Source of the DNA: Thermotogota bacterium
Lineage (GTDB): Bacteria > Thermotogota > Thermotogae > Petrotogales > Kosmotogaceae
DNA: 62,961 nt
Direction: 5' to 3'
NCBI GenBank assembly: GCA_034660555.1
Contig: JAYEJL010000044.1
Location: 1 to 62,961, forward strand
Shown here: positions 18,459 through 28,468 of the stretch, in pieces
How the letters are laid out: the number at the start of each line of letters is the position of its first letter
How positions within the stretch are numbered: position 1 is the first letter of the stretch
Position numbers and translations under genes: made by a program
The notes under the pieces: generated by a model
The model's input: only the letters and a program-made list of their open reading frames with translations
Told to the model about the DNA's origin: nothing
The model's database searches: none

Positions 18459-18548
18459 TGGTGCGAGAGGAGGGATTTGAACCCTCACGAGCTTTTAAAA
18501 CTCACTGGATTCTAAGTCCAGCGCGTCTGCCAGTTCCGCCACTCTCGC
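18459..18548 (-). tRNA. tRNA-Leu(TAG)
   Basis: GCGAGAGTGGCGGAACTGGCAGACGCGCTGGACTTAGAATCCAG, long variable arm, GGTTCAAATCC...CCA. Confidence 0.95.
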
Positions 18549-18624
18549 TGGTGAGCCGCGTGGGATTTGAACCCACGGCCCCCTGATTAAAAGTCAGGTG
18601 CTCTACCGGCTGAGCTAGCGGCTC
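18549..18624 (-). tRNA. tRNA-Lys(TTT)
   Basis: GAGCCGCTAGCTCAGCCGGTAGAGCACCTGACTTTTAATCAGG...GGTTCAAATCCC...CCA. Confidence 0.95.
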
Positions 18625-18663
18625 TAATTGGGTTTAATTATCCATGACCAATCAAACAAGATG

Positions 18664-18692
18664 ATTATAGCATTCAATCACCACTGCTTCAA
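18664..18692 (-). promoter_or_regulatory. sigma70 promoter of the tRNA operon
   Basis: Minus strand TTGAAG-17 nt-TATAAT with an extended -10 TG. Confidence 0.75.
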
Positions 18693-18771
18693 GGGGGTAG
18701 AAGAAAGAGAGTTGTTATTTCTCCAGTGGTAGACAATGCATTGGCGTGTTAACATTAATAGGGGCGATAAA

Positions 18772-19554
18772 ATGAAATTACTGGCTGATATTGGAAATTC
18801 TAACGCAGTTTTTGGTGTTGGAAATAGCGAAAAGATAATGAAACACTGGAGCGTTTCTACCAGTCATTTCGAGACTGAAGATGAACTATTTATATTGTTA
18901 AGAAATCTACTTGCATGTACCACTTACAACCTTAACGATATTGAATGCTTTTGCGTAGCTTTAGTTGTACCATCCCTGGAAAGGGTCCTCAATGTTTTTG
19001 GAAAAAAATACCTTAATCTAGATCCTATAATGGTTGCTCCTGATGAAAGTGCGGGATTTTACTGTCATGCAAAATCAGTAGAGCAGATTGGTGCAGATAG
19101 AATTGCAAACACAATTGCAGCTGTAGATATTTATGATAAGAACTCTATTGTAGTAGATCTGGGAACAGCTACAACAATAGATGTAGTGGAAAATGGTGTT
19201 TTTTTGGGTGGAGCAATTCTCCCAGGGCTTAGAATGTCAATGAAATCACTTTTTACAGGTACTTCGAAGTTACCCCAGGTTGATTTACATTATGTTGAGT
19301 CGCAGATAGGAAGGGATACAGCTGACAATATTAGAATTGGCATTGTGAATGCAAATTATTTTGCTATTTCTGGAATAATTAATGAAATTAAGAAGGAACG
19401 TGGGGTTGTGTATAAAGTAATAGGTTCTGGAGGATTTGCAGATATTCTGAATAAGAGAAAATTGTTTGATTTTGTAGATAAAGATCTAACTTTAAAAGGA
19501 ATAGCTCTTTACGGAGAAAGAGTGAAGAACATTGAAAAAAATACTACTGGTTAA
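18772..19554 (+). CDS. coaX: Type III pantothenate kinase
   Basis: LLADIGNS, IGADR, VDLGTATTID, GGAILPG, SGG. Confidence 0.92.
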   Translation: MKLLADIGNSNAVFGVGNSEKIMKHWSVSTSHFETEDELFILLRNLLACTTYNLNDIECFCVALVVPSLERVLNVFGKKYLNLDPIMVAPDESAGFYCHAKSVEQIGADRIANTIAAVDIYDKNSIVVDLGTATTIDVVENGVFLGGAILPGLRMSMKSLFTGTSKLPQVDLHYVESQIGRDTADNIRIGIVNANYFAISGIINEIKKERGVVYKVIGSGGFADILNKRKLFDFVDKDLTLKGIALYGERVKNIEKNTTG

Positions 19555-20887
19555 TCCCTGGATTGAAGATGTTTCAGCTTACGATTTTTGGCTAAAACCA
19601 GTCAGTTTGCTTTATATATCTTCTGTGCTTAAAAAGTTTGGTATAGAGCCCAGACTAATAGATTTACTGGATCGTCATGATGAAGAACTAATTAGATTTT
19701 TGAAAAAACCGGTAAAAGACAAATATTACGGAACAGGCAGTTTTTACAATGAATCCATCAAAAAACCAAACAGTATGAAATCAATTCCCCGCTATTTTAA
19801 AAGATATGGTATGCCTGAAAAATTGTTCAGAAAAAAATTGAGTGTTCATAAAGATGTTGATGCAGTATTTGTTACATCAATGATGACATACTGGCATTAT
19901 GGCGTTTCAGACACCATAAGGGTTATAAAAGAAGAGCTTCATGAGAAACCGGTATTACTTGGTGGGGTTTATTCAACACTTCTAGTTGATCATGCTAGAA
20001 ACAATTCAGGAGCCGATTTTGTTTCGCCGGGAACAGGTATGTTTCCACTGAGTAAGGCTCTTGATTATGTTGATATAGAAATTGACTTACACGATTTGAA
20101 TAAGAACTGGATAGAAAGTCTGATTCCTGATTACAGCCATTACAAAAAAATTCCTTACAAGGTTTTGATTACCAGTGTTGGATGTCCTTTTAGATGTAGT
20201 TACTGTGCCAGCTGGAGACTCTGGAAAGACTTCACTTTTCATAGTGCAGAAAAGACACTGGATATTGTAGAACAATTTGTGAGTGATGGTACTAAAAACA
20301 TTGTTTTCTTCGATGATGCCTTGCTTATTGGAGACCGTTTTAAACATTTTCTCAAAATGTATTTGAAAAAAAGAAAGAAAATTCAATTTCATTTACCAAA
20401 TGGAGTACATGCCAGATTTATAGACAAAGAACTTGCAAACTTGATGAAAGAAGCAAACTTCAAAACGATAAAGCTTGGTTATGAAACTTATAATGCTGAC
20501 TTACAGGAAAAGACGGGAGGTAAGGTTTCGAACATAGATCTTGAAAAAGCAGTTTTTAATCTTAAAGATGCAGGATTTACTTCAAAAGAGGTTAGTGCCT
20601 ATATTATTGCCAACCTACCTGGACAATCAATGGAAGATACAATAAAGGCTATAAAAAAATGCGACGAACTTGGAATTGTACCAAATGTCAACGAATTTAC
20701 TCCAATACCAAAAACACCACAATGGGAAGAATTAATAAATGACGGAAAATTACCAAGGAACGTGGATCCTCTTTTATTGAACAATTCAATTCTTCCATAC
20801 TGGTGGGATAAGGGGTTGAGTGTTAACCAGATAGATGCGCTAAAAAATGAAGCCTGGAAGGTTAAGGAGCATTTACTAAATGAATGA
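19532..20887 (+). CDS. B12-binding domain radical SAM protein
   Basis: LLVNPWI.D..AYDFWLKP N-terminus, TS.MTYW, LGGVY, GCPFRCSYC, FFDD, PNG. Confidence 0.85.
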   Translation: MKKILLVNPWIEDVSAYDFWLKPVSLLYISSVLKKFGIEPRLIDLLDRHDEELIRFLKKPVKDKYYGTGSFYNESIKKPNSMKSIPRYFKRYGMPEKLFRKKLSVHKDVDAVFVTSMMTYWHYGVSDTIRVIKEELHEKPVLLGGVYSTLLVDHARNNSGADFVSPGTGMFPLSKALDYVDIEIDLHDLNKNWIESLIPDYSHYKKIPYKVLITSVGCPFRCSYCASWRLWKDFTFHSAEKTLDIVEQFVSDGTKNIVFFDDALLIGDRFKHFLKMYLKKRKKIQFHLPNGVHARFIDKELANLMKEANFKTIKLGYETYNADLQEKTGGKVSNIDLEKAVFNLKDAGFTSKEVSAYIIANLPGQSMEDTIKAIKKCDELGIVPNVNEFTPIPKTPQWEELINDGKLPRNVDPLLLNNSILPYWWDKGLSVNQIDALKNEAWKVKEHLLNE

Positions 20888-21419
20888 AGTGTATTTGGCA
20901 TTTGGAAGTAATCTTGGCGATAGGAAGAAAATAATACTAACTGCTATCGATAAATTATTGCAGAAGGGACTAATATTACATAAAATTTCCAGCCTTTATG
21001 AAACGATACCTTATGGATATACAGAACAACCAATTTTCTTAAATTGTGCTGGAAGCTTTTTATTTGGAAAAAATCCCCATGATTTATTAAAGATAACGCA
21101 AGGTATTGAAAATGAGCTTGGCAGAAAAAGAACCATAAAATGGGGTCCCAGAAAAATAGATATTGATATACTATTATTTGCTGGACAGGTTATCAAAAAG
21201 GATGATCTAACAATACCACATTATGATATTCAAAATCGGCTGTTTTTTCTGATATCATTAACAGAAATTAACCCTGATATTGAAGATCCTCGAAATGGTT
21301 TAAAATATAGAGAATATATGAAAAGGCTAATGGATTCAGATGTGGATTCGATAAAATTGTTTACAGATAAAGAAACGCTACTTTTTGAACTGGAAAAGTT
21401 ATCAAAGCACTACATTTAG
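20880..21419 (+). CDS. folK: 2-amino-4-hydroxy-6-hydroxymethyldihydropteridine pyrophosphokinase
   Basis: YLAFGSNLG, S.LYET.P, FLN, E..LGR, WGPR.IDIDIL, PH. Confidence 0.93.
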   Translation: MNEVYLAFGSNLGDRKKIILTAIDKLLQKGLILHKISSLYETIPYGYTEQPIFLNCAGSFLFGKNPHDLLKITQGIENELGRKRTIKWGPRKIDIDILLFAGQVIKKDDLTIPHYDIQNRLFFLISLTEINPDIEDPRNGLKYREYMKRLMDSDVDSIKLFTDKETLLFELEKLSKHYI

Positions 21420-21437
21420 TGATGTTGGAGGTGCTGG

Positions 21438-21929
21438 ATGAAAAGGTTTTTTGTCATCGCTTTATTAATGACTGTACTGTTAATATCTAGTTGTTCCGGT
21501 TCTAGAAAACTATCACCTGGTAATTTTGCTGGTTTTACTTTTAGTGATTATATGGTTGTTTCCGTCAGGGTTGAAATGGACGGGGTGGTAATAGATGAAT
21601 ATGCAGTTAACAATGCGAGCGTTCTTGAATCACGTTTTGCAAAGGGCACAGAAACACTTGAGATGTTCATACTGAAGTTTGAAAAATCAACGGAAGCCTT
21701 AAAGTTCTGGTATAAATGGGCAGGTAATACATTAGGAGAGTTTAAGACATTCATTGGGACATTACCCTACGTTTATGGAAAGGTGTCTGATGGCGATGAT
21801 ACTTATACTGAAACCTGGTACCAGGGAAAATGGATTTACATTTTTAGAGGGGAAAAACAAACAGTTAAAAGTGCAATAGACAGTTTTAAGAGCTTTTCAA
21901 AGGAGTTAGAGAGATCTCTTGAAATTTAA
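21438..21929 (+). CDS. Hypothetical lipoprotein
   Basis: MKR + hydrophobic stretch + lipobox-like ISS-C; SD GGAGGT. Confidence 0.65.
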   Translation: MKRFFVIALLMTVLLISSCSGSRKLSPGNFAGFTFSDYMVVSVRVEMDGVVIDEYAVNNASVLESRFAKGTETLEMFILKFEKSTEALKFWYKWAGNTLGEFKTFIGTLPYVYGKVSDGDDTYTETWYQGKWIYIFRGEKQTVKSAIDSFKSFSKELERSLEI

Positions 21930-22839
21930 GAAACCTTATAATGATTTAAAAAGTTATCTTAAGAAAAGATACGGTGAGCTAGTTTATAGAATACCCATAG
22001 ATGCAGGATTCACATGTCCTAATAGAGATGGAACAAAGGGAACACGTGGTTGCATATATTGTGATTCGACCGGAAGCGGTTTTTCAATTGATAGTGAGAA
22101 AAATATAAAGGAACAGGTTGAAGAAAGAAAAGCTACGCTAAAAAAAAGAGGTATTAATAAATTCATTGCTTATTTCCAGGCAATGTCAAATACATATGCT
22201 CCTATTAATAGACTGGAAAGTCTTTATTCAAGCGCTCTTGATGATGATATTATTATTCTTGATGTTTCAACCCGCCCTGATCTTGCTCCTGAAGATGTGC
22301 TAGATTTACTGGAATTTTATAAAAAGAGACTCGATGTAATGATTGAATTTGGACTTCAGACATCCAACAAAACAACATTGAAAATGTTGAATAGAAGGCA
22401 TGAAGTAAATGATTTTATTGATGCCGTGATTCGTGCGAAGAATCATAAACTTGAAGTCATCGCTCACGTTATTGTCAACCTTCCCTGGGACAGTGTCGAA
22501 GATGTTATTGAAACATCAAAACTTTTATCCTCTCTGAATGTTGATGGTGTAAAAATTCATTCTCTGTACATTGTTGAAAACACACCTTTAGGAAACATGT
22601 TCAAAAACAGCCGAGTTAGTGTTTGTACTCTTGAAGAATACATAGAAAAGGTTATAATATTTTTGGAATATCTTTCACCAGAAATAGTCATTCATAGATT
22701 GGCTTCAGACCCACCCAGAGAAGGAACCTTATTTGGTAACTGGGGTCTTTCTAAGATAGAGATCCTCAACAAAATTCACAGTAAAATGAAAGAGAAAAAA
22801 AGTTTTCAGGGGAAGAAATTTAATTATCTTAATCGTTAG
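21919..22839 (+). CDS. TIGR01212-family radical SAM protein (YhcC/YtqA-like)
   Basis: GFTCPNRDG....GCIYC, YFQ..SNTY, TRPD, R.H, GVKIH.L. Confidence 0.9.
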   Translation: MKFKKPYNDLKSYLKKRYGELVYRIPIDAGFTCPNRDGTKGTRGCIYCDSTGSGFSIDSEKNIKEQVEERKATLKKRGINKFIAYFQAMSNTYAPINRLESLYSSALDDDIIILDVSTRPDLAPEDVLDLLEFYKKRLDVMIEFGLQTSNKTTLKMLNRRHEVNDFIDAVIRAKNHKLEVIAHVIVNLPWDSVEDVIETSKLLSSLNVDGVKIHSLYIVENTPLGNMFKNSRVSVCTLEEYIEKVIIFLEYLSPEIVIHRLASDPPREGTLFGNWGLSKIEILNKIHSKMKEKKSFQGKKFNYLNR

Positions 22840-22844
22840 TATTG

Positions 22845-23183
22845 AGCAATGAGTTTGGCGTATGGTCGCGGTGAATCCGAGGAAAGTCCGGACTCCCAGG
22901 GCAGGATGCCGGGTAACACCCGGAAAGAGTGATCTTTGGTAAGGGCCATAGAAAAGAAAACCGCTGGTTGCATGACCAGCAAGGGTGGGAAGGTGAGGTA
23001 AGAGCTCACCAGATCTGAAGCGATTCAGATGCTTGGCAACCCCCATCCGGAGCAAGTCCAAGCAGAGGGGTCTGAGGTCGCCCGCCAAACCCCCTCGGGT
23101 AGGATGCTTGAGGTATATGGTGACATATATCCCAGATGGATGACCATTTAAACAGAATCCGGCTTATTGCTAAACTCATTGCT
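22845..23183 (+). ncRNA. rnpB: RNase P RNA (bacterial type A)
   Basis: Universal GAGGAAAGTCCGG and AACAGAATCCGGCTTA motifs; terminal P1 helix AGCAATGAGTTTGGC / GCTAAACTCATTGCT. Confidence 0.95.
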
Positions 23184-23265
23184 TTATATTTCACAGATTA
23201 TAAATCAAATCTATATGGTATCTGTTAATATATATTTGAAGTAGTAAAAAAGTGGAGGAATATAG

Positions 23266-24345
23266 ATGGATATAGGTATTTTTGGACTTACACTTTCAGG
23301 AAAAACCACACTTTTTAGATTGTTGACAGATAAGGACACAAGTAAGGCACACCATAATGAAGCTATTCATGGTGTGGCAGAAATATTTGATGGAAGATTG
23401 AAAAGGTTATCGGATATTTATGATCCCGGTAAAACTACATATGCTACACTAAATTTTACTGATATTCCAGGTTACGATCTTTCAATTAACAGAAAGGAAA
23501 AGAACAGAATATTCCAGGAAATTCAAAATGTTGATTCCATAGTGGCTGTTATAAGAGCTTTCAATAATCCGGCTGTACCATGGCCTGAAAATCTTGACAA
23601 TTCAGTTAAACAAATGAATGCAGTTCAATCAGAGTTTATATTAAGAGACATGGATATTGTTGAAACAAGATTAAAAAGACTGGCAGAAGACAAAAACAAG
23701 AAAGGTATAAGTAAAGAAGAAGTGCAGGAAGAAGCGATACTTACTGAGATAGACAGACAGCTGGCTGATGAGAAATTTGTACATCAACTTAATCTGGGTG
23801 AACATGAAAAGAAGATTGTACGTTCTCTATCACTTTTTACAGCCAAACCGATAGTCTTTGCAATTAATCTTGACGAGAATCAGTTAAAAAATGATGACTA
23901 TGAGTGTAAAAGCGAGATTGTTCGAATGTGTGAGAGCTACAATTTTGCTTATACGGAATTTTCAGGTAAGATTGAGCAGGAGTTAAAGGAACTTGATAGT
24001 GAAGAAAGAGACTTATTTATGGAAGATCTTGGAATCGATGAAAACAGTTTAAAAAGATTTTCAAAAGTTGTTTATGACTTTGTTGGATTGATATCTTTTT
24101 TTACTGCATCGGAAAGCGAAGTAAGGGCATGGACTATTCACAAAGGGGCAACTGCGATTGAAGCAGCATCCAAAATACATACTGATCTAGCAAAGCATTT
24201 TATAAAGGCAGAAATAATTAATTTTGAAGATTTCGTCAAGGCCGGTAATATGGCTGAAGCAAAAAAAGAAGGACTGGTAAAATTATCAGGGAAGGATGAG
24301 ATTATTCATGACGGAGACATACTCTACATTAAAGCAAACGCCTGA
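23266..24345 (+). CDS. YchF/OBG-family P-loop NTPase (divergent YchF paralogue)
   Basis: GLTLSGKT P-loop, DIPG, V.RAF, LFTAKP, FFT....VRAWT, A..IHTD....FIKAE TGS-type C-terminus. Confidence 0.85.
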   Translation: MDIGIFGLTLSGKTTLFRLLTDKDTSKAHHNEAIHGVAEIFDGRLKRLSDIYDPGKTTYATLNFTDIPGYDLSINRKEKNRIFQEIQNVDSIVAVIRAFNNPAVPWPENLDNSVKQMNAVQSEFILRDMDIVETRLKRLAEDKNKKGISKEEVQEEAILTEIDRQLADEKFVHQLNLGEHEKKIVRSLSLFTAKPIVFAINLDENQLKNDDYECKSEIVRMCESYNFAYTEFSGKIEQELKELDSEERDLFMEDLGIDENSLKRFSKVVYDFVGLISFFTASESEVRAWTIHKGATAIEAASKIHTDLAKHFIKAEIINFEDFVKAGNMAEAKKEGLVKLSGKDEIIHDGDILYIKANA

Positions 24346-25114
24346 CATAAGAATTTGTGATACACATTCACATATCAATTTTCCTCAATTTGATAAAGAT
24401 AGAGAAGAAATACTTAAAGGTATTGATGATAGATTTGAATTTGTAATAGAAGTAGGTATAAACATAGACGCTTCAGCAAAAGCAAATGATCTAGCAGATA
24501 AAAACATTAAGGTTTATTCTGCAATTGGTGTTCATCCCCACGATGTTGCATCAGCAGGCAATAATTACAGGGAAAAGCTTGAAGAACTCAGCAAACACAA
24601 AAAAGTAGTTGCTGTTGGAGAAATTGGACTGGATTACTATAGAGACATCTCACCTCGTAGAACCCAGAGGATCATGTTTGCTGAACAACTTGAGTTTGCT
24701 ATGGAAAAGAAGCTCCCTGTTATTGTTCATGTGAGAGATGCCCATGATGATGCTCTCGAGATTTTAGAAAGTTTTGCTGGTAGTGTAACAGGTGTCATTC
24801 ACGCATTTTCAGGAAACAAATATGCAGCTGAGAAGATTGTAAGTATGGGCTTCAAAATTGGTATAGGCGGGCCCGTTACATACAAAAAGAACAATGAGTT
24901 GAGAGAAGCGGTAAAAGTTACGGATATCAATTTTTTGCTTCCTGAAACTGATTGTCCCTTTTTGCCACCTCAACCATATAGAGGCAAAAGAAATCAACCA
25001 GCTTACGTTGAGTATGTGATAAAAAAGATTGCTGATATAAAAGACATAGATGTTACGGAATGTTCTAAAAAATTGTGTGATAATGGTATGGAGTTATTTG
25101 GAATTGAAATGTGA
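24308..25114 (+). CDS. tatD: TatD-family nuclease/hydrolase
   Basis: DTHSH, GVHPH, GEIGLDY, H.R, H, ETDCPF; exact start uncertain. Confidence 0.9.
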   Translation: MTETYSTLKQTPDIRICDTHSHINFPQFDKDREEILKGIDDRFEFVIEVGINIDASAKANDLADKNIKVYSAIGVHPHDVASAGNNYREKLEELSKHKKVVAVGEIGLDYYRDISPRRTQRIMFAEQLEFAMEKKLPVIVHVRDAHDDALEILESFAGSVTGVIHAFSGNKYAAEKIVSMGFKIGIGGPVTYKKNNELREAVKVTDINFLLPETDCPFLPPQPYRGKRNQPAYVEYVIKKIADIKDIDVTECSKKLCDNGMELFGIEM

Positions 25115-25122
25115 GGCTTGTA

Positions 25123-25482
25123 ATGAATAGAACAGAAGAGTTTGAGACTTTTAGAAAGATACTTAATGAAAAGATACATAAATACGGTAATGTAGATACA
25201 AAAAGATTTTTTGCTCTTGATTCTGCAGTATACAAAGATGGCTCACTTGATAGGAAAACCAAGGAATTGCTGGGACTGGTTTCTTCCATGGTTTTACGAT
25301 GTGATGATTGCGTAACCTATCACATTATCCAGTGTAGAAGACTAAATACATCCTTTGATGGGTTTATGGAAGCATTCAAGGTGGCACTTGTAGTAGGTGG
25401 TTCAATAGTAATTCCACATCTGCGTAATGCAGTCAGTGCCCTTGAAAAATTGCAAGAAAAAGAAGGAAATGAAGATGGGTAA
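25123..25482 (+). CDS. Carboxymuconolactone decarboxylase / AhpD-like protein
   Basis: G.LD.KTKEL.GLV.S..LRCDDC..YH, VVGGSIVIPH. Confidence 0.85.
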   Translation: MNRTEEFETFRKILNEKIHKYGNVDTKRFFALDSAVYKDGSLDRKTKELLGLVSSMVLRCDDCVTYHIIQCRRLNTSFDGFMEAFKVALVVGGSIVIPHLRNAVSALEKLQEKEGNEDG

Positions 25483-28168
25483 TAAAAGGCTTTTCTTGTT
25501 TGACGGGACAGCGATTTTTTATCGTGCATATTATGCAATTGATGTTTCCTTAACCAATTCAACAGGAGAACCGACAAATGCAGTTTTCGGAACATCAAGA
25601 ATGCTTGCGAAGTTCATAAAAGAAACACTTACTGATAAAGATTCTGCTGTATTCGCTTTTGACAGAAAAGAAAAAACACATCGTCATGAAATGTTTGAGG
25701 ACTACAAAGCCACAAGACCCGAAATGCCCGATGCTTTGGTTACACAGATAAAGTACATACCTGATCTGGTCACCGGATTTGGTATAAAGTTTCTCTGGGA
25801 AGCAGGTCTTGAAGCAGATGACATCATAGCTACTCTGGCAAGACGTTTTTATGATGTATTCGATGAAATAGTTATCGTTACAGGAGATAAAGATATTCTC
25901 CAGCTAGTAGATGACAGAATAAAAGTTATGCGTTTTGTAACAGGTCTTACTGATCTTGAAAAATATGATGAGAAAAAAGTGGAACAAAAGTATGGAGTTT
26001 CTCCTAAAAAAATACATGAATTTCTTTCCATGATGGGAGATTCAAGTGATAACATCCCTGGTATACGTGGAATTGGTAAGAAAACAGCTGAAAGACTTCT
26101 TAAAAAATACGGTACGGTGGAAAATATTTATGAAAACATAAGACAGTTAAGTCCTTCTCTTCGCAAGAAACTGATTGACGGAGAAGACGCTTTCAAAAAG
26201 TCATTTGAACTTGTGAAACTAGTTGAAGACGCTGACCTTGATGTTGAACTTGACGATATTTCTTATAAAGGAATAAACGAAGACAAGCTAAGAGAACTTT
26301 TCTTAAAGCTTGAATTCTCATCATTGATAAAAGAATTTGATCTGTTTTCTTCGGAAAAAGATGAGAAAAATGATGAAAATGCACAAATCATAATATTTTC
26401 AAAGGAAAATGAAGAAAGGATATTAAAAACACTGGACAAATCTTCTTTAATTTCTTTTGACATAGAAACAGATTCTCTTGATCCAACTGAAGCAAAAATT
26501 GCTGGAATTTCATTTTCGCTTGAAGAGGGACAAGGATATTATGTTCCTTTGAATCATAATACAACTCATTGGCAACCCGATGAGAGAGATTTTTTGGACA
26601 AATTAAAGAAGCTTTTTTCAAAATCAGGCGTGAAATTAATCGGACAAAATTTAAAGTATGATTATGAAGTATTATATGCACACGATATAATTCTTGATAA
26701 ACCATATTTTGATACAATGATTGCTGCGTACCTTTTGAACCCTGATCAGAAGAGATTTAACCTTGATGATCTATCTCTAAAATATCTTGGATACAAAATG
26801 GTTTCATTTAAAGATTTAATGGCAAAGAATCAAGTTGGTAACGATTTTTCGAGGGTATCTATAGATGAAGCTGCAAAATATTCTATTGAAGATTCAGAGA
26901 TAACCTTAAGATTGTACAAAAAGCTTTCAAAGAAAATATATGAAAACGAACTGGAAAAAGTTCTACATGAGATAGAAATGCCTTTAGTTCCTGTATTAAC
27001 GGAGTTAGAGATGAGCGGTGTGTACATGGATATAGACAGGTTAAATGAACTTTCGAAAAAATACGAAAAAATACTGAAGGAAATCAGAAAAGATCTTTTT
27101 GAACTTGCGGGAGAACATTTCAATCCTAATTCACCAAACCAGGTAGGTCACATATTGTTTGAAAAATTAGGACTTACTCCACCCAAAAGGACTAGTTCTG
27201 GTAATTACTCGACAAGTGCTGGTGTACTCGACAGCCTGGTAAAAGAACATCCAATTGCTCAGAAATTACTTGATTACCGGAAATTTCAAAAACTAAAGTC
27301 AACCTACATTGATACACTTCCAAAATTAGTAAACCCCAGAACTGGTAGAATTCACACGACATATAATCAAACCGGAACGGGCACAGGAAGACTGTCAAGT
27401 TCCAATCCCAATATGCAAAATTTACCAATAAAGGATACAGAAGGCAAGGAGATTAGAGAATGCATCGTACCACAACAAAAAGGCTGGAAGATAATCAGTG
27501 CAGACTATTCTCAAATAGAGTTGAGAATATTGACTCATTTCAGCAAAGATGAAGATCTTATTAGAGCATTTAACGAAAACCGAGATGTTCATTCACTGAC
27601 TGCTTCGAGACTTTATGGAACAATGCCTAACTCAGTAACTGATGAAATGAGAAAGGTTGGAAAGATGGTTAACTTTGCCATAATTTACGGAATTTCTCCC
27701 TACGGACTGGCAAGCAGACTCAATGTTTCTACGAAAGAGGCTGGAAATATGATTTCAAATTACTTCTCAGCCTATCCAAATGTCAGGGAATTTATCCATA
27801 ACACCATAAAGAAGGCAAAAAGTGATGGATATGTCAAGTCTTATTTTGGTAGGAGAAGAGATATACCACATTTTAGAACAACAAACAAAACAAGAATTCA
27901 GGAAGGCGAAAGAATTGCTATAAATGCACCAATTCAGGGTACAGCAGCTGACATCATGAAGCTTGCCATGATTAAAGTTTACAAAATGAAAAATGACAAG
28001 CAATTAAAAAGCATACCTATTTTGCAGGTTCACGACGAACTTGTTTATGAAGTACCTGAAGATGAAGTTGACACAATGTCTAAAATACTTAAGCAGGGGA
28101 TGAAAGGAGCTGCAAACCTTGATATCCCTCTGGAAGTGGACATCAAGGTTGACAATTACTGGAGTTAA
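25469..28168 (+). CDS. polA: DNA polymerase I
   Basis: 5'-3' exonuclease (LFDG, EADD, GD.SDNIPG), 3'-5' exonuclease (FDIET, NLKYD), polymerase motifs ADYSQIELR, K..NF...YG and QVHDE. Confidence 0.97.
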   Translation: MKMGNKRLFLFDGTAIFYRAYYAIDVSLTNSTGEPTNAVFGTSRMLAKFIKETLTDKDSAVFAFDRKEKTHRHEMFEDYKATRPEMPDALVTQIKYIPDLVTGFGIKFLWEAGLEADDIIATLARRFYDVFDEIVIVTGDKDILQLVDDRIKVMRFVTGLTDLEKYDEKKVEQKYGVSPKKIHEFLSMMGDSSDNIPGIRGIGKKTAERLLKKYGTVENIYENIRQLSPSLRKKLIDGEDAFKKSFELVKLVEDADLDVELDDISYKGINEDKLRELFLKLEFSSLIKEFDLFSSEKDEKNDENAQIIIFSKENEERILKTLDKSSLISFDIETDSLDPTEAKIAGISFSLEEGQGYYVPLNHNTTHWQPDERDFLDKLKKLFSKSGVKLIGQNLKYDYEVLYAHDIILDKPYFDTMIAAYLLNPDQKRFNLDDLSLKYLGYKMVSFKDLMAKNQVGNDFSRVSIDEAAKYSIEDSEITLRLYKKLSKKIYENELEKVLHEIEMPLVPVLTELEMSGVYMDIDRLNELSKKYEKILKEIRKDLFELAGEHFNPNSPNQVGHILFEKLGLTPPKRTSSGNYSTSAGVLDSLVKEHPIAQKLLDYRKFQKLKSTYIDTLPKLVNPRTGRIHTTYNQTGTGTGRLSSSNPNMQNLPIKDTEGKEIRECIVPQQKGWKIISADYSQIELRILTHFSKDEDLIRAFNENRDVHSLTASRLYGTMPNSVTDEMRKVGKMVNFAIIYGISPYGLASRLNVSTKEAGNMISNYFSAYPNVREFIHNTIKKAKSDGYVKSYFGRRRDIPHFRTTNKTRIQEGERIAINAPIQGTAADIMKLAMIKVYKMKNDKQLKSIPILQVHDELVYEVPEDEVDTMSKILKQGMKGAANLDIPLEVDIKVDNYWS

Positions 28169-28183
28169 ACTGGAAGTGGGAAA

Positions 28184-28468
28184 TTGAGTAAACTTTTCGA
28201 TCCAAAAAGTTTTGGATCTTTGAACATGGTATTTCAGTTCGGAATTATTGTTATATCTAATGTCATAGTTGGTGGATTATTTGGATATTTACTATATAAG
28301 TATGCCCCACTGGGCAAAATGTGGTTAATAATCTTCTTGATGCTGGGAGTGTTTTCAGGATTATATCAGGGTATACTGTATCTGTTGAAAGAAGCTGAAA
28401 AAAGTGAGAAAATCGACAAGAATAAGCATAAAAGAGACAATAGTAATGATAATTCTGGCATCGATTGA
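28184..28468 (+). CDS. AtpZ/AtpI family protein
   Basis: Two TM helices with G...G..L pattern; first gene of the atp operon. Confidence 0.7.
   Translation: MSKLFDPKSFGSLNMVFQFGIIVISNVIVGGLFGYLLYKYAPLGKMWLIIFLMLGVFSGLYQGILYLLKEAEKSEKIDKNKHKRDNSNDNSGID

Noticed and set aside
18224..18460. tRNA-Gly 3' end as an integration site or island boundary
   Set aside because: No integrase and no duplicated tRNA 3' end were seen; the flanking genes are housekeeping.
18353..18586. 77-aa ORF on the plus strand
   Set aside because: It is the antisense reading of the three tRNA genes.
22729..23194. Minus-strand ORFs of 119 and 62 aa
   Set aside because: They are antisense to the RNase P RNA.
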